From the IMG/VR virus record IMGVR_UViG_3300044981_000029, positions 6,195-70,194 of that record: 64,000 nucleotides of DNA, one strand, 5' to 3'. This stretch comes from a virus. Under the pieces are notes generated by a model, which was given only the letters and a program-made list of their open reading frames with translations, ran no database searches and was not told the origin of the DNA. A program made the position numbers and the translations under genes. How positions within the stretch are numbered: the stretch's first letter is position 1; every line of letters starts with the position of its first letter. Shown piece by piece: positions 19,401 to 27,467 of the stretch.

Positions 19401-19602
19401 TCGGCAAGCTAGGAAACTGGACAATTCCCTCAACAATGTGGTGCCGCCCGCCAAAAAACCGGTTACGCCACCGAAATTCAAATCAGCGCGTATTCTGCCG
19501 ATGAGCCTTCAAAACGCGCCGCGCCCGCATGGCATCAGTGCGTTGCAAGGACCAGTGCCAAGCGCAGCCGACGAGAAAAAGAAGAAATCCGGTAGGCCAT
19601 GA
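16405..19602 (+). CDS. Second large ejection-type internal virion protein (start may be GTG 16384)
   Basis: >1000 aa Ala-rich helical protein with three GG motifs in the N-terminal leader and N.S.TA near the C-terminus. Confidence 0.75.
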   Translation: MADRFKRLIAYDPLAGLRKKKRADGGPVRFSNFRRSKDIEDRRDEDPATVQPTKPGPIEPWLSQQTAATAHAGKMARSLGVDDIPQAAQDIHSSFLERNSAADQNRRAGGRVHKAGGGAMSDEDMGIAPAAPAVMSDADMGIGAAPTSGGIASYLPKAITDIPHEAYQATADQVKNIGNAWTDMRSRHAAQAEKDKSASGSFFDPGAMLGSLKDVADTGKAVVSAAAVPFAPIEGSAKSAVGHPMADAEHIIGTIINPKVAAQDNPDLMYENAKKDVSTALSAARPKGMAMSKAPGDWFPKITPQPPETHMYIRGHDLGAMQGRAPTAGPYEIPADAPSYQHSSQIPPPPEPAAAANTAAAGEFGIDLSRGQATGDLDTIRYEDMAARGAYGPDAQKKASDFFNKQFQDTQSAGRTVGQQTAGAAPIVDSPSEAASAVGSEVSDRAAQARSLQAQTEQHAATEAESQRGILSDQNRALNEAIQGGALPVEGPREAGEVVGQNVRQAAAASKADFQAKYKEFGSLPGEFDVSAVQGMGNRVKNELTFGDNPVIVDEGTPAASRAIQALDEMSQPKITNLADPRAPPSPADITAVSLKGVDQMRKRLVGYYQQAKSSGNASDVRATRAVMNGFDGQIERAITEGLFSGDPRALQALQEARASYSRYQRTFSPQGAGDDVGTAMRRIVDRNATPEETANMIIGSGKIGSAGLPVRIADRLEQVLGADSDSWSAIRQAMWQKASQARNSAGAIDPARSAASINDFTGSTLAQRMFTGQERAAMRAHAQGIQDLDRNIEQLPATQTAARTRQAYQDTFGGADLGAAPRAAFQRMVEGTATPEEIANGVFKVIGAGNPGHVARTLQAIERIVGPNSEAMGAVRQGVWQKLTQAAEGKDQPGAQKAMQAINEFLHGSGKTIAEQLYSPQELALMDRYQKALKLTIIPKYARTNSDTAPALLAAVRKYAGMIGSALGVVGLGGAEGGLSGYAVSKLLDKGGEKLLAARQARKLDNSLNNVVPPAKKPVTPPKFKSARILPMSLQNAPRPHGISALQGPVPSAADEKKKKSGRP

Positions 19603-19641
19603 AACGAGCAGCCAAACCACAACGAGATAAATGAGGATCAT

Positions 19642-20220
19642 ATGCCAATCATTCCCACGAGCCACGATCGAAGCTTTATTCCGTATCCGCTGGGGTATGA
19701 CCCGAAGTTCGAGGCGTGTCTACCGGATACGCTCAAGCAAGAAGGCGGCTATTCGAACGACGCGCACGACCCCGGCGGGATGACCATGGAAGGCATCATC
19801 CAGCGGGAATACGACCTCAAGCGCAAGCAATGGGGTCTCGCCACACGCTGGGTCAAGGACATCAGCGCCGACGAATACCGGACGATCTATTACACCGACT
19901 ATTGGATGCCGCACTGCCCCGCTCTGCCGGCCGGGCTCGATCTGGAGTTCTTCGACCTCGACGTGAATGGCGGCCCGCACCGCGCCGTGGAGATCCTGCA
20001 GAAGACGCTCGGCATCGCGGCTGATGGTCAGTGGGGCGACATGACCGAGAGCGCCGTGAAGGATCTGACCGCGGCCGGCGATGTTACCAGCGCGATCGAG
20101 AACTACAAAGTCTACCGCGAGAAGTTCTACCGCGGGCTCTCGACGTTCCGATATTTCGGCACCGACTGGATTCGCCGCAGCGAGGAAATCGCCACCGAAG
20201 GTAAGGCTATGGAGGCGTGA
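19642..20220 (+). CDS. Endolysin, glycoside hydrolase family 108
   Basis: EGGYSND..DPGG.T..GI, FD..VN.G...A...LQ..LG...DG.WG, F..FG..W..R. Confidence 0.92.
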   Translation: MPIIPTSHDRSFIPYPLGYDPKFEACLPDTLKQEGGYSNDAHDPGGMTMEGIIQREYDLKRKQWGLATRWVKDISADEYRTIYYTDYWMPHCPALPAGLDLEFFDLDVNGGPHRAVEILQKTLGIAADGQWGDMTESAVKDLTAAGDVTSAIENYKVYREKFYRGLSTFRYFGTDWIRRSEEIATEGKAMEA

Positions 20221-20423
20221 CCCACCCCGCCGAAACAGAGCTAAAACCGCTCATCGGCCGGGAGTTATTCGACGCCTATAACGAGATCCAAGACATTGCG
20301 TCGGCTCACCATTTTAGCATAGTGATATTGGGACCGCACATGAAAAACATCGCGACGCAGTCCGACCGCCTGAACGTCCACCGGGACGAGGATTTCATCA
20401 TCACCGAATTCACGATTGGATAG
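20217..20423 (+). CDS. Small protein resembling peptidase inhibitor I78 / potato inhibitor I fold
   Basis: C-terminal DRLNV..D....I.....G pattern; 68 aa. Confidence 0.5.
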   Translation: MTHPAETELKPLIGRELFDAYNEIQDIASAHHFSIVILGPHMKNIATQSDRLNVHRDEDFIITEFTIG

Positions 20424-20427
20424 GGCC

Positions 20428-20583
20428 ATGCTGACAATCTGGGTGCTGTACATCGCCACCACCATATGGACCGAGCAGGCTGCGGCGATGCTTCCCGACA
20501 AACCCTATATGGACAAGGCATCCTGCGAGGAGGCCGCAGGCGAGCGCGTGCACGTCTGCATTCCGATGGAGAAAGACCGATGA
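20428..20583 (+). CDS. Small exported/membrane protein (51 aa, below the ORF-track cut-off)
   Basis: MLTIWVLYIATTIWTEQAAAMLPDKPYMDKASCEEAAGERVHVCIPMEKDR, translated by hand; ATGA overlap with the next ORF. Confidence 0.55.
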   Translation: MLTIWVLYIATTIWTEQAAAMLPDKPYMDKASCEEAAGERVHVCIPMEKDR

Positions 20584-20735
20584 CCCCAACACCAGAGCAG
20601 ATCGCGGCCGGCGTGGCTGCGGCGAAACTGCAAATCCCGTTCATCTATCGGCATCTCGTTTCCGATGTCGAGATTACCGCATTCGTCACCAAGGTATTGA
20701 CAGCCGCGCTCAACGCGCCAGCAACAGGAGCATAG
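20580..20735 (+). CDS. Hypothetical protein
   Basis: GGAGA RBS, ATG 20580, 51 aa. Confidence 0.5.
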   Translation: MTPTPEQIAAGVAAAKLQIPFIYRHLVSDVEITAFVTKVLTAALNAPATGA

Positions 20736-20748
20736 GACAGTGGAACAA

Positions 20749-21861
20749 ATGAAGAAGATCACATTTCTCGGGTGGCTCGGTATTATCATTCTTTTCAACA
20801 GCACTTTGCTCGGCGGCGCGAGTCAATTGGGCGACCTCGCTTTGACACCGGAGGTGGTAAAGGCAATTCTGGCGGTCGCTACGCTCGGAAACGGATTCCT
20901 CGGCGGCCTCGTGACCATGTTCTCGACGCAAGCCTCTCAGACCAGCAACGTGATTGCAGACCCGGAAGCGCAGCAGGCCATCATCAGGGCGGTTCTCGCC
21001 ATGCCCGGCGTTGAGCACATGGAAGTCAACGCGCGGGCCAATCAGACCTTGGCCGCGCTCGCCGTTGATCCGAATGTGCCGAAGATCGACCCGGAGCCGC
21101 AGGCCAAGATTGCAGTCGCCAAAACGGCAGCATCTGCGGCTGCAATGATCGCGCTCCTCCTCCTGGGAGCCATGGCATGGCCTGGGGACGCCAGCGCGGC
21201 AGTCAAGCTCAAGACACCTCAGCAGGTGGTCAAGGATGTCAACAACTTCATCAACCATCCAGCCACCACCGTTGAGAGCGCCCTACAATCCGGCTTATCG
21301 CAGCCGATGATGGATCTCCAGACCTTCTTGCAAAGCGATCTTGAGGGGGCTGCGGCGCTGGCGATTCAGATCCCGTCTGTTCAGGATGGCAATGGGCAGG
21401 CATGCTGGACAATGTTGCAGGGAGCGAGCGCCGTATTCAAGGCACATCCGATTCCGCTCACCTTGAAGGTTGCCACCGATATCGAGGCCGCTCGGCTTCT
21501 CGTGATCACAGCAAACAAGATTTGCCAGAACGCGCAGTGTACCCAGGTCTTCAACGAGATATCAAACTCGATCAAGACCGTAGCTCCAATGTCGCTATCG
21601 GTTCCCAGCATCACTTCGCTTTGCTCTCAGGTGCCTCAGATTGCTGTGGTGGCACCTACTCCAGTGGCCGCGACTATCATCGCGCCGGCTTCCACCGGCA
21701 CCCAGACATCACCCGTCGTAGCGCCGGCCACCATTCCTCCGAATACAACATTCACATCGCCATCAACCGGCAATCCGTCGCTTGGCGCCGGCCCCGTCAA
21801 TCCAACCACAGCGCCTGCGGTAACCCCGCCGGTGGTCGCTCCAGCCCCGGCCCAGCCATGA
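20749..21861 (+). CDS. Multi-pass membrane protein (holin-like N-terminus) with Cys-containing domain and Pro/Thr-rich tail
   Basis: Two N-terminal hydrophobic helices; a third hydrophobic segment ending ASA; four Cys; PT-rich C-terminus; lies in the lysis region. Confidence 0.65.
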   Translation: MKKITFLGWLGIIILFNSTLLGGASQLGDLALTPEVVKAILAVATLGNGFLGGLVTMFSTQASQTSNVIADPEAQQAIIRAVLAMPGVEHMEVNARANQTLAALAVDPNVPKIDPEPQAKIAVAKTAASAAAMIALLLLGAMAWPGDASAAVKLKTPQQVVKDVNNFINHPATTVESALQSGLSQPMMDLQTFLQSDLEGAAALAIQIPSVQDGNGQACWTMLQGASAVFKAHPIPLTLKVATDIEAARLLVITANKICQNAQCTQVFNEISNSIKTVAPMSLSVPSITSLCSQVPQIAVVAPTPVAATIIAPASTGTQTSPVVAPATIPPNTTFTSPSTGNPSLGAGPVNPTTAPAVTPPVVAPAPAQP

Positions 21862-22040
21862 GTCAGAAGCAGTCCACCGGATCGTTCGACGACGGCTTCG
21901 ATGCGGCACTCAACGAGATTGGCCCGATGTTTGACGATTGGGACAAATTGAGCAATGACGCGCGCAGCCAGATCGGAGCGATTGCGCCCGCATTCGTCGC
22001 CAAATTGGAGCACCTCAAGGCAACGGTGGACAGGTCATGA
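21858..22040 (+). CDS. Hypothetical protein
   Basis: ATGA overlaps at both ends. Confidence 0.5.
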   Translation: MSQKQSTGSFDDGFDAALNEIGPMFDDWDKLSNDARSQIGAIAPAFVAKLEHLKATVDRS

Positions 22041-22540
22041 TCATCCCAGTCGTCAAGATCCGGTTCGTCCGGCATAAGGGCATCGCAACCGATCTGATCA
22101 GTTGGCGCGAGGGAACGTGCATGCCGTTCACGCCATCGCACGCGGAGTGCGTAACCGATGAGGGGACGTGTATCGGAGAGTTCGGTTTCGGTGGGATGAA
22201 AGAGAATCCCGCAGGGTACGATCTCGATGGCATGGATGTGCTGCCCGATGGCCGCAAGTGCGAACTGATCGTTCCGCTGACCGTGACGCAGGCTCAGCAC
22301 GATGAATTCTACACGCTGGTCAGAGGTTCCATCGGCGAGGGCTACGACTGGAATGCCATTTTCGGCTTTGCGTTGACGGGTCACCATCATGATGTGAACC
22401 ACGCCTTCTGCTCGGCCAAGATGTTTCTGCTATTGCGCAAGATCGGCTACTTCAAGTGGCCGGTCATCACGCCCGGCCACGAAATCGATCCACGCGACCT
22501 CATGCTTATTTTGTCTGTTTGCGTTGAAATACCCCATTGA
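22037..22540 (+). CDS. Permuted papain-like (NlpC/P60, C92/YiiX-like) amidase/peptidase
   Basis: His before Cys: PSHAE, IG.GYDW, AFCS, and C-terminal I.P.DL. Confidence 0.75.
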   Translation: MIIPVVKIRFVRHKGIATDLISWREGTCMPFTPSHAECVTDEGTCIGEFGFGGMKENPAGYDLDGMDVLPDGRKCELIVPLTVTQAQHDEFYTLVRGSIGEGYDWNAIFGFALTGHHHDVNHAFCSAKMFLLLRKIGYFKWPVITPGHEIDPRDLMLILSVCVEIPH

Positions 22541-22583
22541 GCGGCGACTGTCTCCAGTATTTCGGAGAAGACTGGGAATTAAG

Positions 22584-22907
22584 ATGCTGTCAGGCGATTT
22601 CCTGGGGATCAATCTGCGGGACTTCGCCATCGGAATGCAAGGCGGTTTCGCGGGTGTGTACCTGCTGCGGAAACCGAAGGCAAAATTCCTGCTTGCCCAT
22701 GGCATGGTGGGAGGGGTACTCGGGAACTACGGTGGGTTTGTGGCGCAGGCATTGATCGAGAAGACGGCGCACGAAATGTGCATCACGATATCGCATGACG
22801 CGTCGTCAGATTTGGGATGCCTCATCGTCGGCTTGTGCGGCATGGCTATCCTGCACAAAATCGTAATACCCTACATCGAATCGAAAGGTAAAAGGCTGAC
22901 AAAATGA
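22584..22907 (+). CDS. Holin-like membrane protein
   Basis: 107 aa, three hydrophobic Gly-rich segments, basic C-terminus. Confidence 0.6.
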   Translation: MLSGDFLGINLRDFAIGMQGGFAGVYLLRKPKAKFLLAHGMVGGVLGNYGGFVAQALIEKTAHEMCITISHDASSDLGCLIVGLCGMAILHKIVIPYIESKGKRLTK

Positions 22908-23458
22908 ACAGCATAGTTGTTGGATATTTCGCTCTTGCCATGGTCTGCACCTGCCTGCTCACGTATGTCATGGTTAAATACCTGGAGCAGCAGCGCGGCA
23001 TGAAGAAGACGGATCAAGATCCTCCGTGGCTTCAAACGTCCAGAAAATATGCATTCTTCATCTGCTCCCTGCTGATGGGTTTATCTGCAGCCGCAGCATG
23101 GAGAACAGGGGAGATTTCCCCTTATGCTGTACTCATACTTCTCGCGTCGGTCGTGATGATCCTCGCATTCAACGCCATCTCGCAGCACAGGCGAACACCT
23201 CCCGAAGATCGCGGCGACGGCATCGAGGACATGCCGTGGCCCGGCTCGCTGAGTGCTCAGTTTGGCCATTATATCTCGCGCGCCGATATGGAATTGATCC
23301 GAGCGGAGATTCTTCGAGTCGACGAGGGCCAAATGTTGACCCACAGATATCTCGAGGCCATGCACAATCACCTGCAAATCAAGCCGCCACCGGCCATCAT
23401 CCCAGCCGATACCCCCGACGTGATAGTTCTGCGACCTCGCAAGGCTGAGGACAGGTGA
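22904..23458 (+). CDS. Three-TM membrane protein
   Basis: Three hydrophobic helices followed by a soluble tail; ATGA coupling. Confidence 0.6.
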   Translation: MNSIVVGYFALAMVCTCLLTYVMVKYLEQQRGMKKTDQDPPWLQTSRKYAFFICSLLMGLSAAAAWRTGEISPYAVLILLASVVMILAFNAISQHRRTPPEDRGDGIEDMPWPGSLSAQFGHYISRADMELIRAEILRVDEGQMLTHRYLEAMHNHLQIKPPPAIIPADTPDVIVLRPRKAEDR

Positions 23459-24360
23459 TGCGGAAACTTGCCATTGTAGCCGCCGCAGTCGCGCTTGCTA
23501 TCACGGCGGCGCATGCATTGACCGGAAATCAGCGCGTTTTGCTGATGGGCAAGAAGACGGCGGTAGTCGCCTCGTATTCCGGCCCCGGCGATGTTGTGAC
23601 GGGCGCTACAGCGTTCTATGGCCTTCGCGCCTACAATAAGGCCTATGCGACCGGAACAAACCACGCGATCAACATTCGCAGGACCAGCGATAGCACCACC
23701 ACCGACATAAATATCCTGACGAATGGCAGTCTCGACGTTGCGACCGCAACATCGTTCTGCGCCGCGACAACGTGCTTCGTGGATACCATTTACGATCAGG
23801 TCGGGACGCATACGCTCATCCAGGCCACGACGACAGCGCAGCCACAACTGACATTCAATTGTCTGAACACGACACTACCGTGCCTCACATTCACGGCGGC
23901 ATCGACGCAGTTTCTGTCCGGTGCATTTACGACGATCGCGCAGCCCAACACGTTTTCGTTCGTTGCCGAGAGGACCGGTGCTGCCACCATGGGTGCCGTG
24001 CTGGGTGCCGACAACGCGGCTCAAGCCGGGTTCAATGCTGTTGCGAATCAGGCGTTTATTTTTGCGGGAACGACGCAGGCGGTAAGCGCGACGGATAGCG
24101 CCCTGCATGCGACACAGGCTGTCATGCAGGGCGCCACATCAACGATGAATGTCGATGGAACGTTGTCTGGATCTCTCAGCGCTGGCACCAGTTCGATCGC
24201 AACACCGCTGCAGCTCGGTGCTAGTGGTGTAGGGACAAACCCACTCAACGGGCTGTTTGGTGAGGCGATTGTCTTCGGAGGCATCGCAGTTCCTCCCACA
24301 AACCAGACGACGCTTTGCCACAATCAACGGCTTTATTGGGGGTCTGGGGGAACGTGCTGA
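23455..24360 (+). CDS. Signal-peptide-bearing concanavalin A/LamG-like (arabinofuranosidase-B-like) protein
   Basis: MMRKLAIVAAAVALAITAAHA signal; FYGLRAYN..Y......IRR.SD....DI...G.LD......FC....C.V...YDQ.G pattern. Confidence 0.7.
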   Translation: MMRKLAIVAAAVALAITAAHALTGNQRVLLMGKKTAVVASYSGPGDVVTGATAFYGLRAYNKAYATGTNHAINIRRTSDSTTTDINILTNGSLDVATATSFCAATTCFVDTIYDQVGTHTLIQATTTAQPQLTFNCLNTTLPCLTFTAASTQFLSGAFTTIAQPNTFSFVAERTGAATMGAVLGADNAAQAGFNAVANQAFIFAGTTQAVSATDSALHATQAVMQGATSTMNVDGTLSGSLSAGTSSIATPLQLGASGVGTNPLNGLFGEAIVFGGIAVPPTNQTTLCHNQRLYWGSGGTC

Positions 24361-25757
24361 TGGCGAACATCCCGCAATCGGAAATCGTGCCGATAGTTGC
24401 GTCGCTGCAGTCGATCCTGCAATCCGCGAGCCAGTCGCCTGCTGGCGCTCCGCTGCTGCCAGGATCGTATCCAGCGACTATGACCGATCGGTACGGCAGC
24501 ACGTGGGGATTCTCCAACGCTTCAACCCCCGGCGTGCTGCGCAATGGGGTTGCCAACGGCGGTGCCGGAGCGGTGATGATCCAGATGGATGTTGTCGGCG
24601 ATGCGTGGGTCGAAGGCGCTCCTGGCGTCTGGTATCTGTACGGATTCGCTGGTCCGTATGTGCAGCAGATCTCTGGCCCGAACATCGGCACCGCGCCACT
24701 ATCGCAGGCCCGCGCGCTGGTCGCGAGCCTGCAATCCATCGTCACACAGCTCGCATCCGCATTGGTGCAGCCAGCGCCGCCACCGGGATTGCAGGCCGAT
24801 ATCGTCGCGCTCGGTAAGCTCGCCGTCCCGATGGGCGCGAATCTGTCCGGCGCCGAATTCACATCGAACCACATTCCCGGCGTGCTCGGCACCGACTATT
24901 TTTTTGACACCGTGACCGTTCCATATCTGGTCGGGCTCGGTGCCCGCAAGATCCGCATCCCGTTCCGACTTGAGCGCATTCTTCCGGGTTGGCCATCCAG
25001 CCTCACGCTCGACCCCGCGCACATCACATGGCTGCAGGGCATGATCACGGCCAATCCGAGCGTCACGTTCGTGCTTGATGCGCACAACTTCGGCTTGTTC
25101 GTGATCGGAGGAGCGGCGTTCGGCATCGGCAACTCGGGCGGACCCACCACCGCGCAATTCGGTGCCATGTGGCTGGCCATTGCTGAGACGTTCGGCGGAT
25201 ATGCCAACGTCGAGTTCGACCTGATGAACGAGCCGGGCCAACAAACCGTCGCCCAGATCGTAGCCATGGACAACGCGGCGATCGCAGCCATCCGCGGCGG
25301 CGGTTTCGCCAACCGGATCTGGATTGAGGGCGCGTCATCGACGGCCGGGTCGAACTGGACCACGACCTCGGGCAATGCTGCGATGCTTGGCCAGATCGTG
25401 GATTCCGCAAGCAACTACGGTTTCATGATTCACCAATATGGCGATGCGACCGGCTCGGATATCGCTCCGGTCACCGTCCCAACCTCAGTCGCTACGAATT
25501 TGACGCTAGTAACCGCATGGGCGCGCACAAACGGCGTCACGCTCATGCTTGGCGAGTTCGGCACCGATAGTGGTGTGGCTGGCTTGCAATGCATCACTGA
25601 CACCATGAACTTCGTTTGCCAGAATCAGGACGTGTGGCAAGGCGGCGTGACGTGGTGGAACGCCGGCCTGGAGGTTGGTGCTGCCATCAGCGCGCTGACC
25701 ACGGGCAACCCGCCGACGCCAAATCCGCAACTGACCACGCTTGAACAGTTCTGGTAA
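24360..25757 (+). CDS. Glycoside hydrolase family 5 (cellulase/beta-glucanase-like)
   Basis: GANLSGAEF, IRIPFR.ER, LDAHNF, FDLMNEP (acid/base), HQY, LGEFG (nucleophile), TWW. Confidence 0.9.
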   Translation: MANIPQSEIVPIVASLQSILQSASQSPAGAPLLPGSYPATMTDRYGSTWGFSNASTPGVLRNGVANGGAGAVMIQMDVVGDAWVEGAPGVWYLYGFAGPYVQQISGPNIGTAPLSQARALVASLQSIVTQLASALVQPAPPPGLQADIVALGKLAVPMGANLSGAEFTSNHIPGVLGTDYFFDTVTVPYLVGLGARKIRIPFRLERILPGWPSSLTLDPAHITWLQGMITANPSVTFVLDAHNFGLFVIGGAAFGIGNSGGPTTAQFGAMWLAIAETFGGYANVEFDLMNEPGQQTVAQIVAMDNAAIAAIRGGGFANRIWIEGASSTAGSNWTTTSGNAAMLGQIVDSASNYGFMIHQYGDATGSDIAPVTVPTSVATNLTLVTAWARTNGVTLMLGEFGTDSGVAGLQCITDTMNFVCQNQDVWQGGVTWWNAGLEVGAAISALTTGNPPTPNPQLTTLEQFW

Positions 25758-26194
25758 TGGCTCCCACAGAGCGATCATCTGCCGGATGGATACAGACGAT
25801 GATCGGGGCTGCTACGGCAATAATCGTGACCGGCACAAGCATGTACGGGGTCGTCATCGCTCCAATGCAGTCTCAGATCGCGCGATTGATTGACGGTCGC
25901 GAGAAAGACCACGACCAGCTCGCGGCTCTTTACACATCCATTCAAACCAACGACGAGTACAAAAAGACCATCCGAACCGAGTTGGAATGGCTGCGCGCGG
26001 ATTTGCTTCGTATTGGCGCACAGGCAAATACATTGGATGAAGTGCATAAGGATCGAGCTGGACAGGCAGCGCAGATCGCCGATCTTCAAGCGCGTTGGGA
26101 ACGTCTCGACCACCACAATGATGAGATCGAGAAGACGCTGCAAGGTCAGATCGACGGATTGCGCGACCGCATGATGTTGCCCGTGGCGAAGTGA
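25757..26194 (+). CDS. Single-TM coiled-coil protein (possible inner-membrane spanin-like)
   Basis: One N-terminal hydrophobic helix, then heptad-rich helical sequence. Confidence 0.55.
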   Translation: MAPTERSSAGWIQTMIGAATAIIVTGTSMYGVVIAPMQSQIARLIDGREKDHDQLAALYTSIQTNDEYKKTIRTELEWLRADLLRIGAQANTLDEVHKDRAGQAAQIADLQARWERLDHHNDEIEKTLQGQIDGLRDRMMLPVAK

Positions 26195-26367
26195 AATTCC
26201 TGGCCAAATGCGCCGCCTCGATCAGCAAAAACCTCGAACGAAGATGGGTGCTGATGAAGTTCGAGGCCGATCAGGGTCATTTCAACGGAGAGATCGCGAA
26301 GAAGCTCGGTGAACTCGAACCGGACAAAACATACCGGATCACGATCGAGGAGGTTGACGGTACTTAA
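26191..26367 (+). CDS. Small hypothetical protein (58 aa), last gene of the rightward arm
   Basis: GTGA overlap; hand translation ends GEIAKKLGELEPDKTYRITIEEVDGT; a degenerate second copy lies at 27415-27493. Confidence 0.55.
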   Translation: MKFLAKCAASISKNLERRWVLMKFEADQGHFNGEIAKKLGELEPDKTYRITIEEVDGT

Positions 26368-26377
26368 TGTGACTACG

Positions 26378-26542
26378 TTAGGACAACTTATCCAGATGGA
26401 ACGGATAGCTGCCGGTCCAGTCGCGTAGATCGCCCTTGGCGCGCGGCATTTCATCTTCGCGAAGCCATTGACGGACGCGTTCGGCATAGATCGCGAAGTC
26501 TTCGCCGGGCTCGCGCTTTGGAATATTGGCACCTTGTTTCAT
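26378..26542 (-). CDS. Small hypothetical protein (54 aa)
   Basis: GAGGA RBS; MKQGANIPKREPGEDFAIYAERVRQWLRE..., translated by hand. Confidence 0.5.
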   Translation of the reverse strand: MKQGANIPKREPGEDFAIYAERVRQWLREDEMPRAKGDLRDWTGSYPFHLDKLS

Positions 26543-26560
26543 CGGTTATCCTCGGTCACG

Positions 26561-27391
26561 TTAAACTCCGCAATTACCACCGCATTCATGGCTAAATAGA
26601 TCATCTTCCCTAGCGATAGGCGATAGGTCGGCTTTTCCAAGAGGAACTCGGCTTGAATGAAGAAAGACCTCCCCGTGAAACCTCGCTACCTGGGCCGGCT
26701 CTCGTAGCCACCCGTCCAACTCAAGGGTTTCGTCCCATTCTTCGGGATTCTCGCGTAGATCACGCCATCCCGAATTACCCTGATACGGACAATATTTGCA
26801 TCGTGACTTGGGAGGGCGTCGGTACTGACGCTCCTCAAGCCACGTATAGCAACCTTGGCGGCTCTTCCTGGCTTCAATCAGGATATGTCGGTTGTGGATA
26901 AAACGACACCCACTCGGTCCCACGCGCTCAATCTCGTCAGTCGAAATACCGATCCAGCTCTCAACAGAATCCGGCGCGACATAGCCGCGTGGACCGACGC
27001 CGAGAAGCTCGCGAATCTTCCGCCGGATCGGTCGAATCTTCCAATTGCGGGTGCAGTTGCGCCCACCCATGCCGCCTTTGCCAACGAACCAAGGAATGCG
27101 GGCACCATCTTCATCTCCAGCCAACAAAGCCGTTTTTAGCGAACGGCTGCATCTGACGACGTGGACTTGGAAGGGCAATATTCCTGGGGACATGAGCCAC
27201 GTCAGATGCTCATAAACGGCGGCTGGCTCATCCCCCGTATCGGCGAAGATCGCACAGTCCGGTGCCGGTATTTCACCTTGTGCGGCCATGAGGGCAATAG
27301 TAGTGGACTGGACACCAGCGCCTAGGCTCAAAACCCGAAGTTTCGGGTTTAGTAATGGGCGGGATAGGCCATCATGTTGCAGTTCGATCAT
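26561..27391 (-). CDS. PAPS-reductase-like / adenine nucleotide alpha-hydrolase protein
   Basis: VLSLGAGVQST PP-loop-like, AIFADTG.E, CT..WKI.PI, IGISTDE..R, PPKS.C..CPY, C-terminal ECGGNCG. Confidence 0.8.
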   Translation of the reverse strand: MIELQHDGLSRPLLNPKLRVLSLGAGVQSTTIALMAAQGEIPAPDCAIFADTGDEPAAVYEHLTWLMSPGILPFQVHVVRCSRSLKTALLAGDEDGARIPWFVGKGGMGGRNCTRNWKIRPIRRKIRELLGVGPRGYVAPDSVESWIGISTDEIERVGPSGCRFIHNRHILIEARKSRQGCYTWLEERQYRRPPKSRCKYCPYQGNSGWRDLRENPEEWDETLELDGWLREPAQVARFHGEVFLHSSRVPLGKADLSPIAREDDLFSHECGGNCGV

Positions 27392-27467
27392 TGTGGAACC
27401 TTTGCCCCCTACAGGGTGAAATCGCGAACGCGCTCGGTGAGGCTCGAACCGGACGCAACATACGAGA

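Noticed and set aside
26146-26532. Minus-strand 128-aa ORF and the N-terminal extension of 26561-27547
   Set aside because: Their shared DRD.VC.VRFE text is the antisense reading of the plus-strand repeat; better starts exist at 26542 and 27391.
26561-27391. Complete Dnd phosphorothioation or sulfate assimilation pathway
   Set aside because: Only one PAPS-reductase-like gene; partner genes are absent.
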